The translations under genes and the position numbers were made by a program. A stretch of 64,000 nt of DNA, taken from positions 12,090,001 through 12,154,000 of the forward strand of contig JBNRSN020000010.1 of NCBI GenBank assembly GCA_051313645.2, given 5' to 3'. Positions within the stretch are counted from its first letter, which is position 1. Each line of letters opens with the position of its first letter. The notes below the pieces were generated by a model. That model did not search any database, was not told the DNA's origin, and was given only the letters and a program-made list of their open reading frames with translations. This document shows, piece after piece, positions 25,115 through 38,610 of this stretch. Source of the stretch: Centroscyllium fabricii. Its lineage: Eukaryota.

Positions 25115-27640
25115 ATTTCTTATGTTCTTATGGTCATCTTCATTGCTTTCAGTTCCTGTCCCGTGTTTCTTCAGGTATCTGCCAAGACACAGTTTCACAG
25201 CCACATCATTTTCCTCAGCTACTCTCTCTGGATCTGCCTTATTCCACGTGGATGCCAACTAAACTTTCACCCTTCGTGTACTGGATCCACCCAGGTTTAC
25301 AAATATCTCCAAGACATTCACCGTTCCTCGAATTACTGCTCTCGCCACATTGTGAGATCCATGCTCAATGCCATGCAGCGCCACAAGATCACTCTCGACC
25401 TCTCTCTTCAGCAGCACCAATGCACTCAATCTCAAAGCTGTCCTGATCCACAGTTCCATTTCATCCTATGACTCATCTGATGTTTCAACAAAAAAAAAAA
25501 AATCTTCCTTTCCGATGTCTAGGATCGCAAGCTTCATCATCTCTTGAACACCATTGCCCCTCCAGAAGCTTCTTCCCCTTCACTTCCCTCTAACATGGCG
25601 TATCCCAATCTCACCCCCTGCCACGTTTTCACGATCCCCTGTAACCTTCCCCTCACTGGCCCCGAAAGATCAGTCCTCAGCAAAGGCTTGAGCTTCATCC
25701 CCTTTTGACTCCACCTCAAAGAATTTGGAGCTGGGCACGATGCTGAGCCCTTTTTCCACTGCCTTCGTCTGCGTGTCCACTTCTCTGGCCAGGAGTCTTC
25801 CCCCACACGGCTGACACTTTCTCCCGCTTTCCCAATTATCGTTCTACCTGGACACATCCTTTGGCCTCTTACCCTTTCCAGATCTTTTCATTGCTAACTG
25901 CTGCAGTGACATCGGCCATCTACATTTCTCTGTTGCCGACACTCACTACAACCTACCTCCCTCTGAACTTGCAGCACTCCAGTCTCTCCGATCCAACCCC
26001 GACATTGTCATTAAACCTGCTGACAAGGGTGGTGCTGTTGTTTATTTGCAAACCAACCTCTTCCTATTGGAAGCTGAATGCGAACTCTCCGGGACCTACT
26101 CCTACCTCGATCTGGACCATGACCGCACTACCAAACATCAAACCATCGTTTCCAAGACTGTCATCTAATCTCCTCTGGAGATCTTCGCCCCACAACCACC
26201 AAACTCATAGTTCCCAAACCCCGCACAACGCACTTCTACCGCCTTCCCAAGATCAACAAACAGCACTGCCCTGATAGACCCACCGTTGCACCCTGTTCTT
26301 GCATCATGGAACTTATCTCTTCCTATCTCGAGTCTATCTTTTCTCCCCTTCGCCAGTCTCTTCCCAACTACAGCTGTAACTTTTCTGACGCCCTCTGCCA
26401 CGTTAACATTTTCCAATTTCCTGCCCAAAACTGCCTCCTTTTCCCCATGGACGTTAAATCGCTCAACACCTCTATCCCCCACCAGGATGGCCTGAGAGCA
26501 CTCCACTTCTTCCGTGAACAGAGACCCGGCCAGTCCCCATCTACCACCACCCTCCGCTGTCTGGCTGAACTTGTTCTCACATTGAACAACTTCTCCTTTG
26601 ATTCCACTCATTTCCTCCAAATTAAAGGTGTTGCTCTGCGTACCCGCATGGGTCCTAGCTATGCCTGCCTTTTCGTGGAATATGTGGAAAACTCTTTGTT
26701 CTGTTTCTACTCGGGTCCCCACCCTCTCCTCGTTTTCAGGTACATTGATGACTGAAATGATACTGTACGGTGGCGGAATGGTTAGCAATGCTGCCTCGCA
26801 ATAATCAGCTCCTGGATTCGAATCCTGCTTGGCCTGGACCTCTCTGCGTGGAGTTTGCATGTTCTCCCCGTGTCTGTGTGTGTTTCCTACGGGTACTCCG
26901 GTTTCCTCCTACCACCCAAAGACATGCAGGTTAGGTGAATTGTAGATACTAAAAATTGCCCATGAGTATGTGTGTGTGATATAGTTCTTAGAGTTGGGGG
27001 TGGCGGGGGATATGGGGAGAGGTTAGGAGGGGAGTGCTGGGTTTGGATGATCAGCCATGATCTCATCAAAAATGAAGGAGCAGACTCGAAGAGCCGAATG
27101 CCCTACTCTTGCTCCTATCTTCTGTGTTGCTGTGTTTCTGTGACACAGTTTTCTGCTCTTGCCCTGAGCTAGACAATTCCAATCACTTGGCCTCCAATTT
27201 CCACCATTCCATCACCTTAAAATGTTCCCTCTCCGATTCTTTCCTTCCCTTCCTCGACTTCTCCATCTCCATCTCTGAGGATTGGTTATTGACAAACATT
27301 CACCACAAGCCCACTGATCCCCACAGCTACATGGACTACACTTCCTCCCACCCCACCTCCTGTAAGGACTCTATTGCTTTCTCCAGGTTTCTCCATCTCC
27401 ACCACACCTGTTCCAATGATGCCACCTTCCACACCAGTGCTTCTGACATGTGTTCCTTTTTCGTCAACCAAGGATTCTCCTCTTCTGTGGTTGACACGGC
27501 CCTGGTCCATGTCAGTTCTATCTCCTGCACTTCTGCCCTCACCCCTGCCCCTCCCTCCCGGAGCTACGATAGGGTTCCCCTTGTCCTCACTTTTCCCCGC
27601 TCCAGGCTCCACATTCAAATAGTTAATGTATGTCATTTAT
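25115..27640 (+). mobile_element. Penelope-like retroelement, disrupted
   Basis: IKPADKGGAVV, MDVKSLNTSIPH, LTLNNFSF, GVA..TRMGPSYACLF, FRYIDD, LPFLD, HKPTD..Y.DYTSSHP are PLE reverse transcriptase motifs. Confidence 0.9.
26765..27135 (+). mobile_element. V-SINE inserted just after the Penelope YIDD motif
   Basis: gtacggtggcggaatggttagc head, V-core, CR1-like tail. Confidence 0.8.
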
Positions 27641-27906
27641 AATCATTTTAAAAATGTGATTTAAAAAAAAATCATTTCAAGTTTTACTTATGTTTGGTTG
27701 GCGATCCCTATTCATAGAGTCGACATATCTTCCTGTCACATCTATGAATGGACATTCCCTTCTCCTATAGGCTCTACATGGCCCACGTGGCACAAAGTGG
27801 GAGACATACTTTCCAATACATATTTATTTTAATAAAAACAAACCGCTTCCTCCTAACAGAAAGACGGCCATTCTAAAATAGAAGATGGCATGTAAATGAG
27901 CTATAG

Positions 27907-28165
27907 TTAGGAAAGGATTAGAATTTTCCTTCTTTTCCAAATAGATCTCCATGGAATTTTCATCACTTGTTTTAGCTTCACCCTGAATTTAGTTTGAGTA
28001 TCTGCATACATACAGGTGTTTGTACAGGAACTCAAATAAATGAGCATATATCCGGTTTCAGTGGCAATATTCACCTCAATACTGTGTTTGTCGGTGTGGT
28101 AGTTGCAAAATTAACAAATGTCAGCCAACAACGGTAAAAAAAAACAGCTCCATAAAGTGGACAGT
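27907..28165 (-). pseudogene. Inverted 3' remnant (TM6-TM7-C-tail) of a GPR139-like exon 2
   Basis: Minus strand translates IATETGYMLIYLSSCTNTCMYADTQTKFRVKLKQVMKIPW...ILS*, versus IAVETGYMLMYLSSCTNTCIYAATQTKFREDLKQVVKTPW in copy B. The upstream part has indels and abuts Gypsy protease sequence. Confidence 0.9.
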
Positions 28166-29541
28166 GCGGTGATGAAGTCCCAATGGTACGTGTGGCCTGC
28201 TAGCTTGATGGTGAGCTTGCGGGTGCCGTACGTTTTTATTTCGGAGCCGTTAGCGGCTTTGAGTGGCGGGCCCCAGGTGCCTTGTTTGGTTTCTGCGGGG
28301 GAGGCTGGCATGATGCTGTGCTGCGCCCCTGTGTCGCAGAGGAACCGGAGTCCTCTGCCAGTGTCTGTGACGCAGAGCAGTGCTCCAGAGCGGCCTACAG
28401 ACATACTGTGGCTTGAGCTGGTCTGGGGTTTGAAAGTGCAGGGCTGGATGCAGTGTTGCGCTTTGGCTTCCAACCGGGTGTGGTAGTAACACCAGCCAGT
28501 GCCCGTTGTACGCGGCCTTTTGTGGGATCGCGTTGGTCTGGGTTCAGATTTGGAGTTGGACTTGGGGTGCGTGTGGCGGGGCTCCGATGCCGTGGCAACG
28601 GGCTCGCACGTGGAGGAGCAGGAGCGCTCGGCCGTCATAAGCTTGTCGGCCTCCTCAGCCAGCCATTCTCCGCTGCAGTGGCAGAGGGCCGTTAGAGCCG
28701 GTCTGACGGAGAGGGGCATTTTGAGGAGGAACTAAGTGCGCTTGATGGAGGCTGGGTCTGAGTTCAGTGCTTCCATTTGGGCCCAAAGGTCCGATGGGTC
28801 TGCGTCCCCGAGTTCGGGGAGGTTGATGAGCTGGCAGTCGCGCTCAAATTGGGAGGGGGTGAATTTTTTAAGCAGCACGGCCTTAAGGAATTCGTACCTG
28901 CCTGCTGCTGGTGCATGCTGTAACGTCGGCCACATCCGATCGACCGTGGTCTGTGGTAGGGCCGCGAAGAGCAGGTCGTAGCGATCATCCCCCTGGACGC
29001 CATGGATGCGGCAGCTGGTTTCGATGCAGAGGAACCAGGCCGCTGGGCGTAGCTCCCAGAACTCTGGCAGAGTTAATCTGTGGACGGAGTTCTGGCCCAG
29101 TCTTTGAGGTTGCGCAGCTTGGCTCCCTGATGGCATGTTGGTTGGAAGTGCTCTGAGGCAGCTTGGCCCTCAGTCCTGCAGCAACTGCTTCATTTTTGTT
29201 CCCTTGAAAGACGTTCCAAGTATCACTGTAGTGCATGCAGGCCTGAAGAACCATGCTGGAGCCAGTAAGACAGAAACACTTGTTTATTACATTACAGGGA
29301 CCAGGTAGCAAAGAGACTGAACCACCTGGAGCAGCCTTATTTAAAGGGCCCGCGGTTGGTGATCTCATCACGCCGGAAGTCGCGGTGACGTCACCACGTC
29401 ACCCGATGGGCGGGGCCGTGCCCCGCGGTACTGCCGAGGGGGATTCGATGCCTTTGGTGGGTGTGTCGCCACAATAAAACTATTGTTTCTGTCTTGCTGT
29501 TATCCGAGCAACAATTCTTGCTGTCGCTGCATCTTGTTACA
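28166..29541 (-). mobile_element. Gypsy LTR retrotransposon, 5' LTR + gag + protease only
   Basis: LTR 29227-29541 (TGTA...TACA, with TATA-like and AATAAA motifs on the minus strand); gag LTLPEFWELRPAAWF; protease FLCDTGAQ. One in-frame stop at 28732-28734; truncated after protease. Confidence 0.88.
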
Positions 29542-30359
29542 TTGTACATGAAGCGGGAAGAGACATTCATATGCGTACCTTCCTTTGGGAAGTACCTGTC
29601 CCTGTTGGTGAACCGTAAATCAAAAGCTTCAAACAGGAACTGACGAAAAGTGTTGTTTAACCAAAAATCTAACCAGCAGCTACATTTGCTTGCGGAACTG
29701 AAGCCAGATTTTTGATATTATTAAATATTAGAAATCAAAACAAAGACAAAGGCTCTGGCATAAAGTCCTTGATCAATGTTATCTTCATTCTTCTCTTAGT
29801 AAAAAATAATTTACAGGAAACCTGTTGGAGCACTGATAAGCACTAAGTGAGATGGCGACCACGTATTTTATTTGTGACGTAAGAGTATTTACAAAGGGGG
29901 TCCTTCTCGAAGTCACCTCATTGAAGATTGGCCAGCCATAGGGAATGTGGCAATCCAGCAATTTAAATCTCTATAGATTCTACAGCTATTACTGGATCAG
30001 CTATTTAGCTGATGACGTCAAAAGCCCTTGGTCATCAGAAACGAGCAAGCTGGTGATGTAATGAATGCGAAGAGTTAGAACACGTAACGGAGCCGTGAAT
30101 TACGGAACTCTGATTTTTTTCTGTGTGCAGAGAGCAGCGACTTCAGGGTGCTACATTTTCATGGCTGGAGCAGAAACATGGAAGCTGCAATGCTTGATCA
30201 GTAGCAGTGGTTGTGTGATGAAGAAGATAGATTAAAAAATCTATTGCGGCCTCCCCGGTCGAGTTCTGAAAGCCACTGACCTCCTCTTCCCCTTTACCAG
30301 CATTACCTGTTTGGTCTCAACCCGCACGGGCTTTCGGGGCGTTTGGAAAGATTGCTAGT

Positions 30360-31750
30360 GTGATTGTGCAAGGGGTAAATCAGCCACTCTTAAGACTCTC
30401 CCTGTCTAATTCATTTCACATTCTTGGAGTAGCAGTTTCAATTAAGACAAACATTACAGAGCTAGAAATAGAGAATATCCTTGAAGGATCATAGGCTTAA
30501 TATATATTTTTTGGAGTTGAGAAGCAAGAAAGAATCGAAACGTTACTTGGTCAACTTTGTAGGCCAGCAAATGCTAGAAGGGGTTAGCGAAGCTGATTTG
30601 CCAATAAATCACTTGGAAGTGCAAAACTTTAGCATTCGTAATTACGGGAGGGTATAACTATCCCAATTGTGAATGAGGCAGTGATGGGTTAAAGGAAGTG
30701 AACTGTGTTCAGGAGAATTTTCTTGAACTGTATGTTTCCTGCCCAGCGAGGAAGGGGCAGTGGAGGATGTAGTCCTGGGGAATGAAGTGGTTCAGGCGGA
30801 AAATGCCACACTTGTAGTGCAGCTCGGGAATTGTGATCAAAGTGTCATAAGATTTAGATTCGGTATTGAGAAGAACAAGGGCCAACCTAGAATTTTAAAA
30901 CAATAACTTACCTTCACGAGGGCTAACTTCAAAGAACTCAGGACGGATCTGGCTCGGGTAAATTGGATCCAAACACTGGCAGTTACAGATGTAACGGAGC
31001 AATTAGTGGCCTTTGAACGAGGAAATGGTCGGGAAAAGTTAGGTATATTTCTACAAGAACGAAAGGAGAGCAACAAAAGCCAGAGCTCCGTGGATGCTGA
31101 AAGTGTTAGAGTGTAAGATGTTGCAGCAAAGGGGTTATGCCAGATCTCAGCTTGATAATACAGGGGAGGATCAGGCTTAATAAAAAAAGTAAACAGGAGA
31201 AATGAAAATGAATTAAGAGGGGTAAAGAAACAGTGCGAGAATAGATTGACATCTAACATTAATGGAAACACAAAGTTCTTCTATTGCCATGTTAATAGTA
31301 AACGCGTTGTCAGAGGAGAATTGGGGCCAAAATGGAGAACTATTGATGGAGGCAGAAGGACTGACTGAGGCAGTAAATGAATAGTCTACGAAACAAGAGG
31401 AGTTTTCCAGAGCTACGGTATATAGGAGGCTGCTGGGATACTGGATGAGAAAAATATGGTTAAAGAAGAGATACTAGAAAGTCTGGCGGTATTTAAAGCG
31501 GATACGTCTCCCAGTCTGCATTGGATGAAAGCTAGGTTCTTCTGGGAAGTTAAAGTAGAAATTATGGAGGTCCTGCTTGCATTCATTCAATCGTCCTCAG
31601 ATACAGGAGTAGTGTCAAAGCACAGGGGAATCGCAAATGTTACACCAATATACAAAAAATGTGACAAGGTTAATCCTGGCAATTGCAGGCCAGTCTATTA
31701 AACAGCGGTGATGGGGAAGCTAATGACAATAATCTGGGAAAAAGTGACAG
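30360..31750 (+). mobile_element. Old CR1 LINE ORF2, continues after the Gypsy at 35996-36150
   Basis: Decayed endonuclease/RT motifs, ANVTPIYKK..NPGNCRPV; resumes with gagagggtggatgagggc..gtgtaaatggacttcca. Confidence 0.7.
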
Positions 31751-34700
31751 TGTGGGAGACTATTTTCTCCCAGCGAAAATAATCAGCAGAACTCGGTAGA
31801 TAAACTCGGTACAGGTCTTTACTACTCAGCTGCAACAAACCGAATGAATTAAAAAAGCCCCCAAAATGCACTACGATGTCACGGCATGGTCATGTGATCC
31901 CCGTTTCTCCTCCCTCTTAAACGGGAGGGAAGAACTGCAAGTTAAAGGGGATTGTACATGTTTAACTGTGTACAGACATTTAATCCCCAATGTGGAAACG
32001 CCTCATGCGCCCCCCGCCCCCCCCCCCCCCCCCCGCAGAATCCTCTCTAACTGAGAAAGTCAATCTTCCAGGCAGCTTGAACAAGCAGCCATAGCGGCTG
32101 AAGTGCCCTGATGGTGGATGAGGAGAAGTATCTGGAAGGCTGGCTGGCTGAGGAGCTGGCGGGTCCAGCAGGTGATCTGGCGATGGTCTAGCAGGTGGCT
32201 CTGCCAGTGGTGTCGACGATGTAGCAGGAGAAAAAGGTGAACACAAAAACTGGTTGACAGGCAGACTGGCAGGTTGCCGTGGCATTAGGGGTGGCTTGCC
32301 TCGCCATGGGGGAAGAACATTCTGCACCAGGGAGATGAGGTGCAAGTGGGCCAGCTTCAGGCAGTCTACGGAAATGTGATCTGGCTTCCCGCCAACGTCT
32401 ATGATGAAGGATGTTTTGACTGCCTCTAAATCCGGGAAGGGTCCCGTGTAAGATGCTTGAAGGGGGTCTTCTTGCACATCCCGGTGTACGAAGACAAACT
32501 CCTCCTGGTGTAGATATCTTGGTACGTTGGAAAGTTGAGGGCCCTGATGGGACGTGGGTACTAGTTGCTTAGCGGCTTATTGATGCAGCGAACGCTGCAC
32601 GGATGCGGACCATGGCTCATTTGCGAGGGGAAGAAATTCGCCTGAGACTCTGAGCGGTTGCCCATCGGCCATTTTGGCAGCTGACGAATTGAGGTATTCC
32701 TTAGTTGCGGTAAAACGTCCTAGGAGGATCCAGGATAACTTGTCAGTCCAGCCAGTATCGGCTAGGCAAGCTCGTAAGGAGGCAATCAGCAATCTCTAAA
32801 AGCGCTCGCAGTGTCCATTGACCTGCGGGTGGTAGGCTGTGGTTCTGTGGAGTTTTGCTCCTAACCCGTGAGCGACGGCATTCCACAGCTGGGAGGTGAA
32901 CTGCGGGCCGCTGTCGGATGAGATATCGATGGGTACATCGAATCTGGCCATTCAAGAAGATCTGAAATCACTTGTGATATCGGCCACGGTGGTGCAGGTT
33001 AGGGGAACCAATTTTGGCTATCTTGTGGTGCCTTCGATGATGGTGAGGAGATGGGTAGAGCCATGTGATGGTGGCAGTGGGCCGACTAGTTCCACATGGA
33101 AGTGGTCGAAGTGTCTTTCGGGCATGGGGAAGACGTCCAGGGGCACTGTTGATTGAGCTTTGCGCTCCGGCACCCAACACACGTGCTCGTCCAGTCTCAG
33201 ACCTCTTTGTAGAGTCCGGGCCACACGAATTTCGCTGCAATGAGCTTCTGGACGCTCGCATACCTGGGTGAGAAAGCCCAGGTACGACATCAAAGACTTG
33301 CCTGCGCCAGGAGGATGGGACCAGTGGTCACGGGTCCTTGACAGAAACGTCACACAAAATAAATTTACCATCCACTTGGAAATGAAGGTCGGCCAGGTTG
33401 AGGCCGGCCATCACCAATCTTAGTACCTGGATTTCAGCGTCTACAGCTTGGTCCTACGCCAAAGCAGAGTAGTCTATGCCTCGATGCATGGCATGCAGAG
33501 AGGGTCGTGAGAGGCAATACGCAAGCATATTGTTTTTTATGGCCATGTGGCGGATGACTGTGGTTAATTCTGAGATGAAATTAAGCTGGTGCTGCTGGCG
33601 CACAGTCCATGGATTTGCTGCGTTAGCCATGGCGAAAGTTAATGGTTTGTGGTCGAAGAACGCCGTGAACGGTCGGCCTTCCAGCAGGAATCTGAAGTGC
33701 CTGAAAGCCAGAAACAGGGCGAGCAGCCCTCCGTCAAATGTGCTGTATGCTTGTTCGTTCTTTTGTAATTGACAGCTAAAAAGCGTTAGTGGCTGCAATG
33801 CGCCATCAAGCCATTGCTGCTGTACCGCGCCGATGGCTAGTCAGATCCATCCGTGATGAGTGGGACTGTAGTGCCCGGGATGGGGTGAGACAAAAGTGTG
33901 GCAATGGCCAAGGCTTACTTTGTTTTCACGAAAGCCGAGGTCATCTCGTTGCACCATGGTAGCGACTCTTTCCCAGTCTTGCCACTGGTGGCTTTGTAGA
34001 GAGAACGCATGAGTAATGCAGCTTTGGGCAAAAAATGATGGCAAAAATTAACCATACCCAGAAACTCTTGGAGAGCTTTGACTGACGTGGGCCGGTGATA
34101 GTCTGACCACACCTGTACCTTGGCGGGAAGGGGGATTGCACCTCCCGCCGAAATCCAGTGACCAATATAATCATCTGGGCCAGACCGAATTGGCATTTTG
34201 CGGGGTTAACAATAAGCCCGTGTTGACTCAAGCACTGGAAGAGGGAGTGCAAGTGCGAGATGTGTTCTGCCTTGCTGGTACTGGCCAAGAGAATGTCGGC
34301 TAGATGGACAAAAAGGAAAATCAGTTCGCAGAGCACCAAATCCATAAGGCGCTGGAAGGCCTGTCCGAAGGGCATTCTCAGGAATTCGAAAAGCCCAAAA
34401 GGGGTGATTACTGCCGTCTTCTGAATATGCGCCTGGTGGCCTGGGACATAATGGTAACCTCGGATCCGCTCCACCTTGGAGAAGATGTTTTTTCCCACCA
34501 GATGCGCTGAAAAGTCGTGGGTGTCCCATATAGTGTCGGCGTCTGGCGTGGTGGCAGCGTTGAGACATCTATAGTCACCGCAAGGTCGCCAGCCACCGCC
34601 CGGCTTGGGTACAATGTTGTGTGGGGATGACCGGGGACTATTCAAACGTCGAACTATGCTCAATTTCTCAATCATCATGATCTCTTCTTTGTCCATGGCC

Positions 34701-35995
34701 ATCTTGGCCATGTAAAGGCGTCTAGCCCGAGCGTACACCGGGGGACCGGTGGTGGCGATGTGGTATTCCACACCATGTTTTTCTGCAGAAGCTGAAGCAC
34801 TTGGCTGTGCTAGCCTTGGAAAATTTACCAGAAGGTGAGAATAGGCGTCCCTTGCCATGAGAAGCATGAACACACGATGGCCGGTGTGTTGCGTTGTCAG
34901 CATAACAAAGAATTAAAAGTAGTCGCATCGATGAGGTGTCTGCCGCGGACATCAATCAAAGGTCCATGAGCGCACAGGAAATCTGCGCCTAGCAGGGGCT
35001 GCAAGACCGAGGCCATTACAGAATCCCAGGTAAACATCTGGCCATTGAAGCAGACTTCCACCCTACACTTTCCAAAAATGCTGATGCCAGCACCATTGAG
35101 CACCACAAGGGGAGGGCCGTTTCGGCCTGTGTGGATGTCAAGGGTGGAATCTGGGATGATGCTGCCCTGTGCAGCTGTGTCGCAGAGGAATTTTCGCTCA
35201 AACAGCGAACTTGGTTGCTGAGTGGACGGCCATCGTGGCAGCGGTGGTGCGTTCAAAAGGAGCGTTCAGTCGGTGGCGAGAGCAGCCTGGACCTGCTGTG
35301 GCAGCTGGATCATATATAAGGCCCGGAATAAAAAGCATTGCGTTTCTGACACCAGAAGGGTGAGCATCCGACTCATCAACTGGGTCGGGGTGGAGTCGCC
35401 AAAGCATGGTAACGAGAGAAGCCTGCGTGTATCTATTCTTGTGACTGGCTGAAGACGTGCAAGAATCTATCTTTCACTGCCTCGTACTTGCCGGCAGCTG
35501 GGCGGGTTCCCCAAAAGATCCATGATTTCGGCGGCCTTGGAGCTCTGGAGGACTGAAACTATGTGGAGGTATCGTTCTTCGTCGTGCACGACCTTCCGGA
35601 GCGAGATCTGGGCCTCTGTATGGGCGAAACATGTGGGTGCTTGTTGTTCCCAAAACGAAGGGAGCCTTAAGACCATAGCGCTGGTCACCATTGTGCTGCA
35701 TGGGTGAACAGCTTCGGCTGCTGACACCGGCTTCACCAATGTGGGAGATTATGTTCTCCCAGCGAAAATAATCAGCCGAACTCGGTAGAGTAACTCAATA
35801 CAGGTCTTTACTGCTCACCTCCAACAATCAGATTGAATTCAAAACCCCACAAAATGTGCTACGACGTCACAACTTGGTCACTTGGTCCCCGTTTTCCCTC
35901 TCTCTCTTAAAGGGGAGGGGAAATCTGCCAGTTAAAGGAGATTTTACATGTTTAACTGTGCACAGACATTGAATCCCCAGTATGGAAGCGACACA
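31751..35995 (-). mobile_element. Full-length degenerate Gypsy LTR retrotransposon
   Basis: LTRs 31751-32005 and 35740-35995, 4-bp TSD ACAG, G-rich PPT at ~32006-32035. Motifs: gag LRLPSFW, PR FLCDTAA, RT WRPCGDYR..TAVITPFGLFEFLRMPFG, RNase H DHKPL, integrase. Many frameshifts. Confidence 0.93.
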
Positions 35996-36159
35996 ACAGC
36001 CTATTATAATCACAAGGGCTAATGAAGGAGGGACAACTGGGATATTTTAAAAACAAATAATATTTGATTAAGTTGATTCCGTTTTTTGAAGTGTTAACCG
36101 AGAGGGTGGATGAGGGCATTGCACTTGCCATTGTGTAAATGGACTTCCACAAATCATGA

Positions 36160-36830
36160 CTGAGGTGCTAAATGAATATTTTTTATCAGTCTTTAGCAAG
36201 GAAGAAGATGCTACCAAAGTTCGTGGTTATGATCTTGAATGCACTCACTAAAAGAATGGTGGAGGCAGATTCAATCGGGGCTCTCAAAGGGGAATTGGAT
36301 AAGGACCTGAAAGCAAAAATGCGGGTCGGGGGAGTGAGAATAGCTGAAACGCTCTTGCAGCGAGCCGCATGTGATCAATGGGCCGAATGTCTTCCTTCTG
36401 TGCAGTAATGATTCTGTGATTCTATGATACTAATCTCTCAGCAGGACATATTCGATAGAGTTGATTTATATAGAAGATTAAAATAATTGATAGGGTAGAG
36501 AGAGAGAGAGATAAAATATTTTATTTGGTGTGTTGTCGAGAGAAATGGACCGTAAGCTTAAAATTAAAGCTGGGTCGGTCAGGGATGATGTCAGGATGCA
36601 ATTGTTCACACACAGGTAGTGTCAATCTGGAACTGCCTCACTCAAATAATTGTTGATTCTGGCGGTCAATTAAGTCTTCAATTCTTTGACTGACATAATT
36701 TGATTTGAGTAAGGGCATTAAGGATTATTGTTCTACTGTGTGTAAATGGAGTTCAGATTCAGAGCAGCCATGATCTAATTAAATGGCAGAAGATGATCCA
36801 GGTGCTGAATGGCCTCCTCCTATTTTTATG
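36160..36830 (+). mobile_element. Two short CR1 3'-end fragments
   Basis: gtggaggcagattcaatc..., tails gattctatgat and gctgaatggcctcctcct. Confidence 0.55.
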
Positions 36831-36935
36831 CACCTGATACAGCCAAATAAACTTACACTGGAAAGTGTCACGCTTTGAATTACCAAGACTGCTTAATTAT
36901 CAATTTGCTTATTTATTTTACAGGTGATTCAAAAT

Positions 36936-37897
36936 ATGAAGTCATTTTCTGGTAAAATATGTTCTTTCACCTTACGGCCAAGGGAGCATTTTTTTGTTTG
37001 TGTGACCCATTTTGCTGATACTTATTATTCTCGGATATTTAAGCCGCAACATTTCTGAACATTCACATTACCGGAGTTAAATGACGCTTCCTTCTTAATG
37101 AAACCCGACAGCAGGTGTGACGCCAGTACTCCATTCCTGGTCCTTCTCATCACCAGTGCCCAGAACCAGTTCGAAGCTCGCTCGGCCATTCGCCGGTCCT
37201 AGGGGAGAGAGCAGACAACACATGGTAAGAGGGTAGTGACCTATTTCCTGCTCCCGTACATCCTGGTTGTTGGAGGGAGCTTCAGGAGTACCTGCTAGAG
37301 GAAGGTTTGCTGCAAAAAATATCATACAGAAAGGGTTCAATGACACTTATTACAACCTGACCACCAAGGTGATAATGGGCCTGGGTGAGCCGGTTTTTTC
37401 TGTCGGCCTCCTTTGTGATGAAAAGCGATTCAGACATGTTTGTTAAGTTGATTATCTGAGAGAGTTCTTGGTGTGAACCAGTGGCACGAATATCTTCACC
37501 GGCTGCATAACGAGACATTCAGAACCCATCAGGGACAAATTCAGTAAAAGGTACGTGGGTGAACTGGAAACCCTCTGGAATGGTATTCGCCATTCTGCTC
37601 TGGCATTGGGTACGTGCTCTCGACCGATGTCGCCTATCTAGCTTGGAACGTTTCTAAGAGCGTCCCCAAATTGAACGGCGAAGCCATCTCTGCCCGGCTG
37701 AGCTGAAGATAGAGCCGGTGCAAATTCATTCGAGCAAAATATTCCACAAATCAAAGGAGCGGTGTTCTGTTTGATCCTTTTGGAAACGTGTGTCCACTCA
37801 CGGGGTGAATCACTCTGAGCTGTTGATCTACTGGAAAGCACTGGCAAATGTCGCAAATGAGGACAGCCCTGGAGCTACGAGAAGGTGGCCACTGTGA
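36936..37897 (+). pseudogene. B3GALT5: Beta-1,3-galactosyltransferase 5-like (GT31) pseudogene, full-length coding exon
   Basis: Across frameshifts: ILLILIILGY (TM), CDASTPFLVLLITS..ARSAIRRS*G, IIQKGFNDTYYNLTTKVIMG, FVMKSDSDMFV (DxD), PIRDKFSK, PFCSGIGYVLSTDVA, NVSKSVP, LLIYWKAL. TAG at 37200 replaces the conserved Trp. Splice acceptor ttttacag at 36923. Confidence 0.9.
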
Positions 37898-38610
37898 AGA
37901 GGATTGTCATTTGGCCCTCCAAATGTCACTTGCCCTTATAGCTTTATTATGCAGCCTCATTACACCTTTACCAGATATCATTATTGCTGCTGCTGGTGTG
38001 CAGGCATAATACTCACTGCACCTACAAAATAACCTTTTTAACGTGCTTTAAGATGTTTCTCGGAGATGCGACAAGGTGTTAGGTTTACCTGTCATATATT
38101 GGAATTCATGCATCTACATTCATTTCCTCCATTCTCTTCACTTTTATTAAGGATGCCCCCTGTATGTACTGGACATGCTGTAATTACACGCTCCTTCGTA
38201 TGGTGGTGCTGTAGAGCATCAGTTTGACGTCTCCCAGCTCCTCGACCAGTACCACGGAAAAACCAAATCCACGTCTTTCGTTTTGAAGTTGCCAATTACC
38301 TCGATTTTGAACATAAATTCAAGAAACCTAAAGAATTTAACTTTTAAGGGAATTAGCGATTGATTCGGAGGGAATATGAGCTGAATTTGTCTCTCACAGC
38401 GAGTTGTTACGATTTGGAATGTAGTGCTATGAAAGGGTGGTGGAAGCAGTTTCAATCGTAACTTTTAATATTAATTGAATAAGTAATTGAAAGTGGAACT
38501 GTGCAGGGCTAAGTGGAAGGAGAAGGGGAGTCGGACTAAATGCAGGCTCTTTCACAGACCCGTCACAGAAACAAGTTTATTGATCAACCAATCAAATGAA
38601 GCAAACAGCT

